This document shows positions 37,626 to 51,685 of a stretch of DNA of 64,000 nt, in pieces. Source of the stretch: Camelus dromedarius. Its lineage: Eukaryota. The notes below the pieces were generated by a model, which was given only the letters and a program-made list of their open reading frames with translations, was not told the origin of the DNA and did no database searches. The position numbers and the translations under genes were made by a program. Positions within the stretch are counted from its first letter, which is position 1, and every line of letters begins with the position of its first letter. Location of the stretch: positions 94,738,001 to 94,802,000 of the forward strand of contig NC_087472.1 in the NCBI RefSeq assembly GCF_036321535.1, given 5' to 3'.

Positions 37626-39662
37626 TTATCCCATGCCCCTTTCACAGGGCAACCCCAATTTTAGATATTACTGCTACCAACATATCCCACAGTTTTAGTT
37701 CAGATAGTTCACATTCCACAGACAGCTTGAAAGCTCCCTTCCCACCCTCCAGCCCATCATGGACAAGTAGGAACTGGTCAAAAGAAACTGGTCAAAAGTA
37801 ATAGCTGGCTCATATATTTGGGAACAATATATTTTAATTTTGTGAATATTCTTTATGCTCCACAGAAATACGAAGCATAGTTTAAATTCTTAGAATCTCA
37901 AAGTTTCAGAGAATCTCACCTACTGCTAATGTCCTCTCCCCAACATCTCTAGGAAGAGATCTTCTAGACCATTCTAGAAAAACAATTAAGGACACAGAAC
38001 TCACTACTTACTAAGTTAACCGCTCTGGACAAATTTACTTATAAGGATATTTTCCGCCTACTGTTTCAACTGGCTCTCCTGGCTTTAAATTACGCATTTC
38101 AAGTGTGTCCACACAGAGCAAGTCCACTCCCTAATGAATCTGAAATTCCTTGGAAGATAGTTGTCCTCTAGATTGAATATATCTGGTCCTCTGAACCACG
38201 CGTATTTGATGCATAGATTTTTGGAAGTAATACACAATTTTACAGTGTAGTTTTTGAAAATCTGCAGTTCATGGAAATATATGCACAAATTATTGCAATT
38301 TAAAAGGCCAATCACAGGATGTTTAATTACATATACTAAAGAAATATGAATTCACTGCAACAGTTACTAGGCTGAAAAATAATATTAAAAGCTTTTTTTT
38401 TTTTTTGGCTTCGCAAAAACATGTCAAAGTAAGAGCTACACTGTGAGTTTCTTTTAAAAAACCAAATTTACTTTATTTTAAGATTAAAATAAAACCCTTG
38501 AATCCTGTGAGTTTGTGAGCCAACTTTTGTGTGGGGAATGATTATTATGTTGAATTATGAATCCCTGAAAATAAAGCTCTACAAAAGAAGTGCTGGAACA
38601 ACCTTAATTGCAGTTCAAAATGTTGACATTTTAATCTATATAAATACTCTAATAATATCCTCTTTTCTGTGTATGTAAGCTGGTGGAGCTATTTAAAGGC
38701 ATTGGTATTTATATATTGTAGGTTTGTAGGACCCTTGTGAGAAAAACCCTTGTCAGAACAAAAATCATTCATTTGGGCTGACCAGATGAAAAGCAAGAGC
38801 AAACAAGTACTCTGATCCAGCTGGTGGTTCCCTCAGCATCATGATCATATGAGTTTTATAAACTCCAGTACCAGGGGGAGCTAGAAAAGCACTTTCTAGA
38901 ACTGCTGCTGTTTGGATATATTCCCTAGTTCCACTTCTGTGCCTAAGAACACCTTTACTTGCATTTTCTGCTGAAACTTTTACTTAATTCTGTGCATATG
39001 CATACCACACATATTCTCACTGAATTCTGTTTTTATGTCTGCTCTTAATTAAAGCTGTAGTTTTGTTTAATCTCTTCCTTCAGAAGGAAAGCCAAAGGAA
39101 TAGTGTAGCCCAGTGGATTAGCTAACACTTTGAGCTTCCAAGCAAACATCCGTGAAACCCACCACTACTGTGTCTTGCCCTTGGCATCAGACGTTTGGGA
39201 ATGAAAAAAAAGATATAGGTTTCTAATTTCCCTTGCAATTGAGTGTTATATAAACAAGGTTTCAAGAAACAACAAATAAAATATGAGAAGATTGTCCTAA
39301 AAGTGTACCATTTATAAATTTACAGAGTTTAGCTGAAGTGGGCATTTCTGATGTTATATGACAACACTGAATAGTATGGTAATATTTGGTGCATGTCCTT
39401 CTTGAATAATAATCTTAAGTAATAATTACAAAAAGGGATATCACAGTTTGCACATACTAAACCTTCTGGTTCAGTACCTGGGGCTTTCCAGGACTTGCTT
39501 TATAGTCCAGTGATAATTCTATATTTTAAGATTCCCAACTTTTTACAATATTGAACTCAATTTTTTTCTTTTACTAAAGGAGTTTCAATCAAGATGATTT
39601 GATTGTATTTTGGTGTTTCAAAATTTTTTCTGTATTTTAAAATAATTTTACATTATTTTGAA

Positions 39663-39708
39663 GCACAAATTATAGAAAGCAAAGTGCACAAATTATAGAA
39701 AGCAAAGT
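39663..39708 (+). repeat. Perfect 23-bp tandem duplication
   Basis: gcacaaattatagaaagcaaagt twice. Confidence 0.95.
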
Positions 39709-39754
39709 ACACAAATATAAATGTAAATTTACAGCCCAATGACTTCTTGATTTC

Positions 39755-42700
39755 TTAACGCACTTTATTTTTAGAACTGTTTTAAAGTTACAAAAAATTG
39801 AGTGACAGTACAGAGAGTTTCCTCCATCACACTATCATCTATTATTCAAATTGTAATTTGTTACAATTAATGAACCAATATTTATATATTATTAGTAACT
39901 AAAGTCCTTAGTTTACATCAAGGTTCTTTGTTTTGTACAGGTCTATGGGGTTCTGACAAATGCATGCTATGTATCTACCATTACAACATCATATGGAATA
40001 AAATCCCCTGTGCTTTACCTATTCCTATTCATCTTTTCTCTCCTCTCCCTGAATCCCTGGCAACTACCAATTTTTTTTTTTTACTGTCTCTATAGTTTTG
40101 CCTTTTCCACAATGTCATATAGTTGGAATCATACAGTATGTAGCCTTTTGGGATTGGCTTCTTTCACTTAGCAATATTTCATGGCTTGACAGTTCACTTT
40201 TTTTTAATCAATCACTGAATAATATTCCATGATACGGATGTACCACAGTTTGTTTATTCATTCACATACTGAAGGACACTTAGTTGCTTCCAGTATCCCA
40301 CAGTTATCAATAAAATCACTATATATTCATGTATAGGTTTTTGTGTGGACATGAGTTTTCATCTCAGTTGAGTAAATACCTAGGAGCATGATTGCTGGAT
40401 CATATTGTAAGACTATGTTTTACTTTGTAAGCCCAAATGTTTTTCAAAGCAGCTGTACCATTTTACATTCTCACTAGCACTGAATGAGAATTTTCTGTAG
40501 CTCAACATCCTTGCCAGCGTTCGGTGTTGTCAGTTGTTTAGATCTAAGCCATTTTAATAGATGTACTGGTATCCCATTGCTGTTTTAATTTGCAATTCTC
40601 CAGTGACAAATTACGGTGAGCTTCCTTTCATATGCTTATTTGCCATCTGTATATCTTCTTTGGTAAAGTGTCTGTTAAGAGCTTTTGCACACTTTTTAAA
40701 TTGGGCTACTTCTTATTGTTAAGTTTTAAGAGTTCTTTGGGGTATAAATTACTTATCCAATATGAGTTTTACAACTATTTTCTCAGTCTATGGCTTGTCT
40801 TTTCATTGTCTTAACAGTATCTTGTAGAGATGTTTTTAACTTCAATAAATTCCAACTTATCAATTTTATTTCTTTAATGGGTCATACTTCTCATGTTAAT
40901 TCTAAAGAATTATAGCTAAACCCAAGGTCATCTAGATTCTTTCCTATATTTTCATATGGAAGGTTTTAGTTTGCATTTAATATTTAGGTCTATGATCCAC
41001 TTTGAGTTAATTTTTGTGAAAAGTGTAAGGTCTGTGTACAGATTCTTTTTTTAAAATATGGCTATCCAATTGTTCCAGTACCATTTGTTGAAAGACTATC
41101 CTCTGCCCGTTGAATTGCCTTTCGTTCTTTGTGAACAATCAGTAGTGAGGATCTGTTTCTGGGTTCTCTGTTCTGTTCCATTGATTTATTTGTGTATTCT
41201 TTTGCCAGTAGCACACTGTCATAATTACTGTAGCTTTATATTAAGTCTTGAAATCAGGTAGCGTCAGTCTTCCCACTAGTCTTCTTCAGTATCATGTTAG
41301 CTATTCTGGGTCTTTTGCATTTACATATAAACATTACAATCAGTCGTCAACTTCTGCAAAATAATTTGGTGGGATTTTGACTGAGACTGAATTGATTCTA
41401 CAGATCAATTTGGGAAGAACTGACCATTTTAACAACATTGAGCCTGCATATCTATAAACATGGACTATCTCTCCATTTACTTGTATCTTCTTTGATTTTT
41501 TTCATCAGAGTTTAGTAGTTTTCCTCAGATAGATCTTGAAAAATGTACACCTAAGCATTTAGGGTTTTCTTGGTGCAAATATAATGGCATTGTGTTTTTA
41601 ATTTCAAGTTTCCACTGTTAATTGCTAGTACATAGAAAAGCAATTAAATTTTGTATATTAAACTTGTATCAGCATCCTTGCTATAATCACTTATTAGTTC
41701 TAAGTTTTTTGGAGTTTTTTTTTTGTCAATTCTTTGGGAGTTTCTATACAGACAATCATGTTATTGGCAAACTTTGTCACTTCCTTCCCTATCTGCATAG
41801 CTTTGGCTTCCTTTTATTGTCGTATTACATTAGCTAAGACTTCCAGTACAATGTTGGGTAGAAGTGAAGAGAAAGGATATCCCTGCCTTGTTCGTGATCT
41901 GACAGGAGTGCCTAGTTTCTCATTATTATGTATTATATACAGCTGTAGGTTTTTCTCAATGTTCTTTATCACATTGAGGAAGTTACCTTCTATTGCTCCA
42001 TTTGCTGTTCTTATATAACTAAATTTTTCTTCTTTAGCCTGTTAAGGTGTTGAATTTCATTAACTGATTTTCTAATGTTGAAACAGGCTTGAAAACCTGG
42101 AATGAATCCCACTTGGTCATGGTAATATGATTCATTTTATACACTGGATTCAATCTGCTCTTATTTTGTTGAGTATTTTTGCATCTAATATCATGAGCAA
42201 TGTTGATCTGTTGTTTTCCTTTTCTGTATTGTCTTTATCTGGTTTTAGTATTAGGTTGAGGCTGGCCTCATAGAATGAGTTAGGATTTGCTATTTCTCCT
42301 TGCATTTTGATGTTTTTCTCACATATTTTGAAATTCTTTTTCTGCTTTCTCTGGTTCATTGAGCATTTTATCTGATTCCTTTTTCTCTGTTCTCCTAGCA
42401 TATCAACTATACTTCTTTCTTATTTGTTTAGTTGTTTCCCTAAAATTTCCTAAAATTTTCAATACATACTTACAACTAATCTAAGTCCACTTTCAAATAA
42501 CACTGTACCACTCCATGGGTAGGGCAGAGACCTTATAAGACGGTATTCCCAATTTCTCCCTCCCATTCTTTATGGCACCAGGGTCATTCATTTTACTTAT
42601 CCAGTTGATATAATTACCCAATACACTGTTGGTATGATTACTTTAAATAAATGGTTATCTATTAAGTCCATTAAGAAAAAAAACACAAAACATTTTACTT

Positions 42701-44222
42701 TGCCTTTGTTTATTCCTTACCTAACATTCTTTCTTTATAGAGCTCTGAATTGCAGACATACATCATTTATGGTCTCTTTGAAAAATGTCTTTTAACATTT
42801 CTTGCAAAGCAGGTCCACTGACAACAAATTCCCTCAGTTTTTGTCAGAGAAAGTATATATTTCTCCTTTGCTTTTTTAAAAAATGTAAAAAACAACATGA
42901 GACCTACTGTCTAAACACGTTTTCAAATTTACAGTACAGTATTCTTAACTACAAGCACCATGTTATACAGCAGATCTCTAGAAATTTCTTCTCTTGCATG
43001 ACTGAAACTCTACACTCATTGAACACTAATTACCCATCACACCCTCCTTGAACCACTGGCAGCCACCATTCTACTTTCTGTTTCTATGAGTTTGACTACT
43101 TTAGATACTTTGTAAAAGTGGAGTCATGCAGTATTTGTCCTTTTGTGATGGGCTTGTTTAAATGAGCATACCGTCCTCAAGGTTCATCCATGTTATAGCA
43201 TTTGAAAGGATTTCCTTCTTTTTTATGGCTGAATAATATTTCATTACATGTATATACCATATTTTCTTTATCCATTTATCCGCCAATGGAAATTTAACTA
43301 GTTTCCAGTTCTTGGCTATTGTGAATCATGCTGTAATGAATATGGGAACACAAATATATCTCTGAGAACTAGATTTGAATTATTTTGGATATATACCCAG
43401 ATGTGGGATTGCTGAATCATATGGTAGCTCTTTTTACTTTTTTGAGGGGACTCCATGCTATTTTTTACAATGGCTGTATCAATTTACATTCCTATCAATG
43501 ATGTACAAGAGTTCATTTTTCTCCACATCCTCTCTAATAGTTGTCTCTTGTTTTTCTGACTACAGCCATTCTAATAGGCTGTATAGATATCTCATTGTTT
43601 TTAGTTTCATGTGTACAGCAAACTTATTCAGTTATACATATACATACAAATTTTTTCCAGATTCTTTTCCATTATATGTTATTATAAGAAATTGAATATA
43701 GTTCCCTGTGCTGTACAGTAGATTCCTGTTGTTTATTTATTTTATATATAGTAATGTATATCTGTTAATTCCAAACCCCAAATTTATCCCTCCCCAGCCC
43801 TTCCCCCTTTGGCAACCACAGTTTGTTTTCTATTTCTGAGTCTATTTTTGGTTTGTAAATAAGATTTGTATCATTTTTTTAGATTCCACATATAAGTGAT
43901 ATCATATATTTGTCTTTCTCTGTCTGACTTACCTCACTTAATATAATAATCATTAAGTCCATCCATTATGTCAACTTAGTTTAAAACTAGGTTGTATGTT
44001 CATTTTGCTATTGAGTAGTATGAATTCTTTATATATTTTGGATATCAATCCTTTATCAGATAGATGACTGCAAATATTTCCTCCCATTCTGTTGGTTGAC
44101 TTCATTTTATTGATTGTTTTTTTTAGCTGTGCAAAAACTTTTTAGTTTGATGTAGTTTCATTTATTTTTGCTTTTGTTGCTTATGCTTCTGATGTCATAT
44201 CCAAAAAAAACATTGCTAAAAG
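39755..44222 (-). mobile_element. Composite antisense L1 block: L1MC-like 3'UTR and ORF2 (~39755-42870), then an L1MA/MB-like 3' region (~42875-44222)
   Basis: ORF 42150-42401 reads [24 protein letters not shown]...LDAKILNKI (L1 RT). Two separate antisense 3'UTR passages (ggcaactacca at ~40060; ggcagccaccattctac at ~43060). Confidence 0.88.
43597..43967 (-). mobile_element. Younger cetartiodactyl L1 3'UTR nested in the older L1
   Basis: attgaatatagttccctgtgctgtacagtag...agattccacatataagtgatatcat. Confidence 0.8.
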
Positions 44223-44645
44223 TACTGAAACCAAAAACAGTAAGAATCCTTTCTTTCCTGATGAAACTTTTAAGAATAAAATTAAAATGACACTGCCCTT
44301 TAGTGATACCAAAGTTAATGGTGAAGAGGCCCTCTTATGTACTGTTGACTGATGCATGCACTGATGCCACTTCTGCAGAGCAATGTAGAAATACATGCTA
44401 AGAGCCAAAGCAATATCTACTATTCTACTGGTCATTTTACTTTTATGGATTTACTAGAGAGAAAATAGTTAGACATGTGAGCAAAGATTTAAGACAGATA
44501 TTTATTTATACTTGTAGAAATTAAAGATAACTCAAGCATGAAATTGGGGAATAAAAACTCTATTATGGATTTCCACACATTTGGATTGTATGACACTAGG
44601 ATATTTAATGACATGGGCAAATGTTAGAGGTATAATTTTGAATAG

Positions 44646-45000
44646 TTTTATGGGATAAACTGTGTTCCCCCCAAATTCATATGTTGATGTCCTCAACCTC
44701 AGTACCCCAGAAGGTGACTATTTTGAGATAGGATCTAGGACAAGTCCTAATCCAATATGACTTATGTCTTTATAAAAAGAGCAAATTTGGACATAGATAT
44801 ATACAGAGGGAAGAGCATGTAAAGAAACAAGGAGAGGACAGCTATCTACAAGGCCAGAAGAGACACCTCAGAAGAAACAAACCCTGCCAACACCTTGATC
44901 TTGGACTCATAGCCTCTAGAATTGTGGGAAAATAAATTTCTGTTGTTTAAGTCACCTAATCTGTGCTGCTTTGTTAAGGCAGCCCTAGCAAACTAATACA
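44646..45000 (+). mobile_element. MLT1A/B MaLR solo LTR
   Basis: ccccaaattcatatgttga...accctgccaacaccttgatcttggact...gcagccctagcaaactaataca; flanks aatag/agtag. Confidence 0.88.
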
Positions 45001-45029
45001 AGTAGGAAAATAAATGTTTAAAAAAAGTT

Positions 45030-45495
45030 GTGATATAGTTATACAATGGAATACTACTCAGCCATAAAAAAGAATAAAATAATGCCATTTGCAGCAACAT
45101 GGATGGACCTGGAGATTGTCATTCTAAGTGAAGTAAGCCAGAAAGAGAAAGAAAAATACCATATGAACATGTGGAGTCAAAAAAAATGACAAATGAACAT
45201 TTTTACAAAACAGAAACAGACTCACAGACATAGAAAATAAACTTATGGTTACCAGGGAGGAAGGAGGTGGGAAGGGATAAATTGGGAGTTTGAGATTTGC
45301 AGATACTAACTACTATATATAAAATAGGTAAACAACAAGTTCATACTATATAGCACAGGGAACTATATTCAATATCTTGTAGTAACTTACGGTAAAAAAA
45401 AATGAAAAAGAATATATGTATATTCATGTATGACTGGAACATTATGCTGTACACCAGAAATTGACACAACATTGTAAACTGACTATAATTCAGTA
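45030..45495 (+). mobile_element. Cetartiodactyl L1 3' end
   Basis: acaatggaatactactcagccataaaaaag...gcaacatggatggacctggag...acattgtaaactgactata. Confidence 0.92.
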
Positions 45496-46566
45496 AGTAT
45501 ATATATATGTAAAGTCTGTATGTATGTGTGCATGTACTTTCTTTATGAATATCTGGAACACGAATGTCTTGTGACCATCTTGTGAATACTGTGAACATGA
45601 ATACCTTGTGAATGTATGTCTATACTATCACTAAAATACCAGAAGTATGTACACTAAAGTGTTAACAGAAATTATGTCTGGGTAGTAATAAGGAGTAATT
45701 TATAGTTTCTTCTCTAAATTTTATAATTTTTTCCTATTTTTCCAGCAAATTGTGGCTTCTAAGTAATTTATTTCAAACACTTAAAATATAATGAAATATC
45801 ATGGGTGGTACACCCACAAATTTAGAATTTACAAATATTTTGACTAAGAATCAATGAAGGCCTACTTTAAGTATTTACTTTTGTAAATATTTTTATCATA
45901 TAAAAAGTATGATACTAATAAAGTTAATTAAGCACAATTTTAAGGAATATGTGTATTTATGTAAAATAGCAATATATTTAAAAATTAGAAACCTGTAGTT
46001 GATCTGAGATGACTTAGTCTTAATAGCAAACTCATTTTCATCTATTAAATGTATCAAGGCCTTTTCATGTCAGCATTAGGTTATTGTTTACAGTACTCAA
46101 TACAGTACAGTAATAGTGTTAGCAAAATTTAAAATGGAGATTTATTGCTATGTAAACATAGTCTCTATTACATTAGACTGGATATTTCCTGTCATCCAGG
46201 GGACTAAAGTTTATTAAGGAGCATTTAAGTGTCCTAAACAATTGAAAAGATAAAGCTGGAGTCTTCAAAACATCTTAAAATTAATTTTTAAAAGGATAGA
46301 TAAATTCCACTAAAGGCAATAAATCACATTCTGCAGGTTCAAAGTAATTAACACATCAGTTGGAGATACATATCTCTCAAATAACATAAATCGTTGGCTC
46401 TTCCTTTAAAGGTTTCAAATCTTGTTTCATATGATTTAAACTCATGGATTTCAAATGAAAGTGACATTCCAGACAGGTTCCAGGATAGTACTAATTTGCA
46501 GTTCTTTTTTAGCCTAAATAAAAATCACCTCCTATGCCTTGTAGTGAATAATCTAAACTAAACTAC

Positions 46567-46651
46567 CTGACATTTCCACTCAGTCCAAAGAACAGACTGA
46601 AAATGCTGAATTGTCAGCAAAGCTTTGATGTAAATCAGTGGTCACAGGAGA
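46567..46651 (-). other. Candidate exon (85 nt), unidentified transcript
   Basis: Minus strand: branch-like ctgac, then tatgtacttctttgcag acceptor; donor CAG|gtagtt. Stops in all three frames. Confidence 0.25.
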
Positions 46652-47167
46652 CTGCAAAGAAGTACATAATGTAACCGTCAGCTCTTCAAAGGGAAGCTTT
46701 CTTCTTTTAAAGGAAAAAAAATTTACGACATGCTTCCTCCGAATTAAAGAATCATTTGGCCTCATTATTTTAAGATACAGTTTCCTCCCCATAAATACCA
46801 AGATAATTAACACTGAAAAGCAATTTTTTTTTCAATGATCCAACAGAATTAGAAAAATACAAATCAGAAACAAACTGTTATTTGGCATGTGAGACTTTCT
46901 TTTTAAATTTTTTAAACAATATTTAAGCTTATGATTATCTCCCATGGATCAAAGCAAAAGAAAAGTAAGGAAAAAAACAAACTTCAGCATACTTTTGAAG
47001 TCATTTTCTTGGTAAAACTAAAAGCTCATTTTTTTTCCTCTTCTGAATAAAACTACTTCCAAAAGACTCTATGTCGACAACTTTTCTACACAAAACGTGG
47101 TCTTCGCACTAAGCGAAACTGACATCACTGTGAGGTATGCTAGAAAACACAAATTCTCAGGTCTTAC

Positions 47168-47414
47168 CTCTGACCAACTGAATCTGAATGTGATTCTTAT
47201 GTGATTTGTGTGCATGTGAAAGATTGAGATGCACTATTCTATATGATAACAACTCAACATTTTTGGAAGCAATGATTTGTTGTATTTTAGTATTTTGTTC
47301 AAACCATTCCAGATCAAAGCAAATTTGTGAACTAGGTTTAGTTTGCACATGATCTTTCCACTCAGTAGAGCTGTGCTCCAGGTGTCTTCGAATCCAAGAA
47401 TTATATACATTTTT
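47168..47414 (-). other. Candidate exon (247 nt, open frame of 82 codons), gene not identified
   Basis: Minus strand acceptor catttttccccttccaactag and donor GAG|gtaaga. Frame 0 reads KNVYNSWIRRHLEHSSTEWKDHVQTKPSSQICFDLEWFEQNTKIQQIIASKNVELLSYRIVHLNLSHAHKSHKNHIQIQLVR without a stop. Not recognised as a repeat. Confidence 0.35.
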
Positions 47415-47494
47415 CTAGTTGGAAGGGGAAAAATGTAACAATGATTCAGTCTAACTCATCACACAAGGCAAGATACTTTTCTATGCTACAGACA

Positions 47495-47880
47495 CTGTGT
47501 CAGTTAAGGTATATTTACTCAGCTGCAAATAAGGAAAAACTGAATAAGAACGGCTTAAACAAGAGAACATTTCTGACATTAAGCAACATCCTGCATTAGG
47601 AAGATCTCATTTGGCAAATTCTGTGGCTCAACATTATTATTAAGAACTCAAGCTCTTCTGCTATACTCAAAGCATTGACTTTGTCTCTAAGCTAGCTCCC
47701 TTGATAGTCACAAAATGATCTCTCCAGTCCCAACTAGGACTGAATCGTGAGAAAAAGTGATATTGCAGAGCCCTCCATGCTGGCTTCCCCTTACATCTGA
47801 TGGTCCAGAACAGAGTTACATATGGCAGGGAAAAGGAATGATCACGATTGGTCTTAGACTAAACTGGATTCATGCCTGAA
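47495..47880 (-). mobile_element. Ancient MLT1 (K-O-like) LTR
   Basis: tgtgtcagttaaggtatattt...cagctgcaaataaggaaaaactg...ggcttaaacaag. Confidence 0.55.
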
Positions 47881-47889
47881 TCAAACTCA

Positions 47890-48483
47890 GGGAGAGAAGA
47901 TAAGCTTCTAAGATGATTCTCAATGATTCCAGCTCCTGGTATTCACACCCTGGTGTAAACCACCCTCCTCACACACCACCCCCCTCTTGAGTGTTGGCTA
48001 GATCTAGTGATTCACTTATAACAAACAGAATACGGTAAAAGTAATGGGACATCAACTCCAAGACTGGAACACAAAAAGAATTTGGTTTCTATCTTGCTTG
48101 TTTCTCTCTTTCTTGTTCACTTGCTCACTCTAACACATGCCAGCTATCATACTGCGAGTATGCCCACTGGCAACATCTGGGAGCTGAGAGTGACCCCCAG
48201 GCAACAGTCAGCAAGAATCCAGGATGCTTCAGTCTTACAACAACAAAGAAATGAGTTCTGCCCCAAATCTGAGCCTGTTAAGTGGGTCCTTCCCTAATCA
48301 AGCCTCCAGAAGAGAACACTATCTGTTCTACACTTTGCGTATAGCCTGTGAGACCCTAAGCAAAGGACCCGATTAGCCATACCTGGACTCCCAAGCCATG
48401 AGAACTATGAGATAATAAATGTGTGCTGTTGTAAACTGCCATGTTTCTGTTAATTTGTTACACTGCAATCAAAAGCTAACATA
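47890..48483 (+). mobile_element. MLT1F/G-like MaLR LTR
   Basis: cttctaagatgattctcaatgattcc...ctcctggtattcacaccct...agaactatgagataataaatgtgtgctgtt...gctaacata. Confidence 0.8.
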
Positions 48484-48635
48484 GATGGGTAAGCGAACAG
48501 TGTCTTCTACAGACACAGAGACCTACACTCAGAGACTGAGAGTCCCCTGTCCCTTAACCAGTTCATAGGTACGTGGTTTCATTTGCTGGAAAATAATTTC
48601 TAATGATGAGTTAATTATGGCATGCAAATAGAACA

Positions 48636-48715
48636 TTAAGTTGAACCATATAAAACTGCCATTTTTTGCATGTCAAAAATGATTGAAATTGGTGATTCCA
48701 TATGGTTCAATCTAT
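48636..48715. mobile_element. MADE2-like Tc1/mariner MITE (~80 bp)
   Basis: Terminal inverted repeats ttaagttgaaccatat ... atatggttcaatcta. Confidence 0.85.
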
Positions 48716-50409
48716 GTATGCAACTGTTTTGAAAAGAGTTGTATTCAATATTAAAAATCATCAAACTGAGACTTTGACTTTAAATGCAACAATATTAAAG
48801 GGCAGGCGTTTTTCCTTTAGCTAGAAACCAAAGTTTTCCTTAAGTAAATGGAGAATTATTCATTTCAATGTTCAGATTCTAAAAAGACTGTTAATTCCTG
48901 AAACATATTCTAAATATGCTTAAATATATATATTTTTAATTTCAAGTACTAGTTCCATACTTTTAGTCTCTCATTATTTTGTTAAAATGCATTATGGGTT
49001 GGGGGTAGAAAGCTTATACTAGCAGATATCAGTTATCTGTATCTCAATGTGAAAGAATTTTTAGTCCTTTCTTGAGCTCTTTGAGCCCTTTCTTAAGGTT
49101 TAATAGGAAATAAACTTTCTGCTCTGAAACTTAACTCGAGCCTTGGTTTACTGACATAATGGAAAATCTCAATAATTAATGATCTTTCTTAAAATGTTAA
49201 TATGTGTAATGCGTATTTAATGTACTCACATAACTTCTAAATGGCACTTGTGGATTATGAAAATAAAAACTTTAAATTACTCCAGTATATTCTCTAAAGC
49301 TAGACATAATTGCTGGAAACCATACTACTTACTTTTAAATAAATGAAATATTCTAATAATTGTTTTAATATATGCATTAAGTACTTTTAAATTGGTTCCT
49401 ATTTTTTTTTTGTCTAACAGATATTAAAACCACAAATTCCTTATGAGTCTCTTGACCATTACTGCAATAATGATATTATCTTTATAATCATTAAAATTTT
49501 GGTGGAATTTAGAGAGATACTTATTTAAAACAGTATTTCCCAACTGGGGACACGGGACTCAGTGAAACCAGATGTGTAAATAGATCTTAAGGAAATCAAA
49601 TAAGCCCCATTTCCAAAAGAAATGACAGTTCTCTGTGGACATCCATTTTCTCTAGATTATTCTCACCTGCACACCCAGTATACACTTGATGACCATTAAG
49701 TATTACACCAGAGCAAAGGAAATTCCCCAAAGTGTTTTTAAGAATTAACATCATCTTAAAAAGTTTTCACAAATGAAGTAGCCTCTGATTTATAAAGACG
49801 TTAAGTGACAAAACTAGCCATAGGCAATAAGCAAAATGGGAAACGATCTCCTGTAGCACTTCCCACTATGTTGTCTTGGGGTTCTTCAACTCAGGAGTAA
49901 ATTTTCTACCTTGAACCCCCATATCTGCCCTGCTTCTCACAAGTCATACAATGCACTCTCATACCTCATGACACAACTTCCTCTAAAAATGACTGATGTG
50001 TTACTTTTACTTTTTTTTTTCATAGCTCAAGCGTTAAGTTAGGGGAATGCTATATGAATATTAGGTTTTCAAGGATAAGAAAAGAGACTGCAATCTGGAA
50101 ATGAGTTGCTCTTTCCTGGGGTTTGTCTGTAAATCATTATCTAAGAGGGATAATAATTTGACCTCTGTCTTAAATCTAGTTTGTTAGTTAGATCCTAAAG
50201 CTTTGGTCGTGTCATCAGTGTTCTAGATGTTGTAAAAATGGTTTTCAGAGTCCTTCACAATGAAATTTATGCAGAAGAGCAATATGCCAAGCATATAAAT
50301 GTGGGACATCTCTGTTTGAAGCAGAAATAGGTAGGATCCAGGGAAAAACTGCTTAACTCCCATGCCTTCACTATCCTTAGCCCTTATTAGTCTTAGAAGC
50401 AAAGAGGAG

Positions 50410-51210
50410 TTGATTTTAATTTGGAAAATCATAAAGTCAAATGTACAATTTTTAAGTGAACAATTCAATAAACTCTGAAAAATATTTACACCACCACAAT
50501 CAAGACTTGAATATTTATTATTGGAGAAATATACCCTGATTCTCCCTTCCAGTCAATTCTTATTTCAAAAGGCAACACGTGTTCTGAATTCTATGAACAA
50601 TGATTATTTTTGCTTATTTTTGAACTTGAAGAAGTGGAATCCAACAGAATGTACTTTTTTTTTCTGTCTCAGCATAATGATTTTAAAATTAATCTATGTT
50701 GTTTCATGAATCCATAGTTCACTCCATTTTATTTCTGAGTAGTTTCCCATTTTATGAACATACCACAATAAGTTCATCAGTTCATCTGTTCATGGATATT
50801 TGAGCTGTTTCCAGTTTTAGGCTGTTACAACAGGTATTTGTGTGGAAATATCTTTTTCTCTCTCTTGGGTAAGTATCTAAAAGGAGAACTACTAATTGTA
50901 TGATGAGTGTTTTTAACCTTATAAGAAGCTGACATGCATATAAGATTCTAGGAAATTTACATATAGCAAACTAATACATAGTGACAGAAAGTATATTAGC
51001 GGCTACCTGTGGAAGGAAGGAGGCACCACAGGGAAGGATCATAAAGGTACAAGAAGATCTTTTGGAGGTGATGAATATACTCATCATCTTAATTGTGATG
51101 ATTTCAAAAGTATATATATATATTAAAACTTTTCAAACTGTATACTTTAAATATGTACAGGTTATTTTATGTGAACTTCATCTCAATGAAGCTGCTAAAA
51201 GATTAAAATG
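50410..51210. mobile_element. Old L1ME-type 3' fragments: antisense ~50410-50930, sense ~50935-51210
   Basis: Antisense ataccacaat...ttcatctgttcatggatatttgagctgtttccagtttt; sense gcaaactaatacatagtgacagaaagt...aaactgtatactttaaatatgtacag. Confidence 0.7.
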
Positions 51211-51459
51211 ACTCAAACTATTTATTCACGATTTCTGAAATATTTTATCTGAATTTCCAAAAGCATAGTCTAAGTTAAAGAATAGAGATAGATCAAGAAG
51301 AAAAAAAGACCTTCATCATATACCCATCAGAGAAAATATAACTAAAAAAAAAATTTCTACATTTTCAAACAAATGAACACAATTAGATTTCCTTTATCAC
51401 TTAATTAATTCTACACTCTTGTCCCAACAAAACTTGTGTCATCAGTCAGCTATCCCAAC

Positions 51460-51685
51460 CTCATCTGTTTCTGGTTTATAAAAAGTACTGGGACATTTGT
51501 CTTTCATTGTTGGTACAGTCTTAGAGTTCTCTAAATCATGTCAGCTCAGAAGCCTGGAGCCATGAGTTAAGTATCGATAGTTAAGAGCACCTAGTAGAGT
51601 ATTTCTCCCTAGACTGCCGTTCTTTGTTGATGACATAAAGTCTAGACTGTAGCTTATAGCAGATATTTCAAATAGAGACCACATA
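51460..51685 (-). other. Candidate exon (226 nt) with one in-frame TGA
   Basis: Acceptor gtcttttctatcttatcag, weaker donor GAG|gttggg. Reads MWSLFEISAISYSLDFMSSTKNGSLGRNTLLGALNYRYLTHGSRLLS*HDLENSKTVPTMKDKCPSTFYKPETDE; ends in phase 0. Confidence 0.22.

Noticed and set aside
50410..51210. Second twin-primed L1
   Set aside because: Opposite-orientation fragments abut, but I found no TSD and both appear to cover 3'UTR sequence; two independent old insertions explain it equally well.
51541..51543. Selenocysteine readthrough of the in-frame TGA
   Set aside because: No SECIS element identified and no resemblance to selenoprotein families; a plain stop or a chance frame is more likely.
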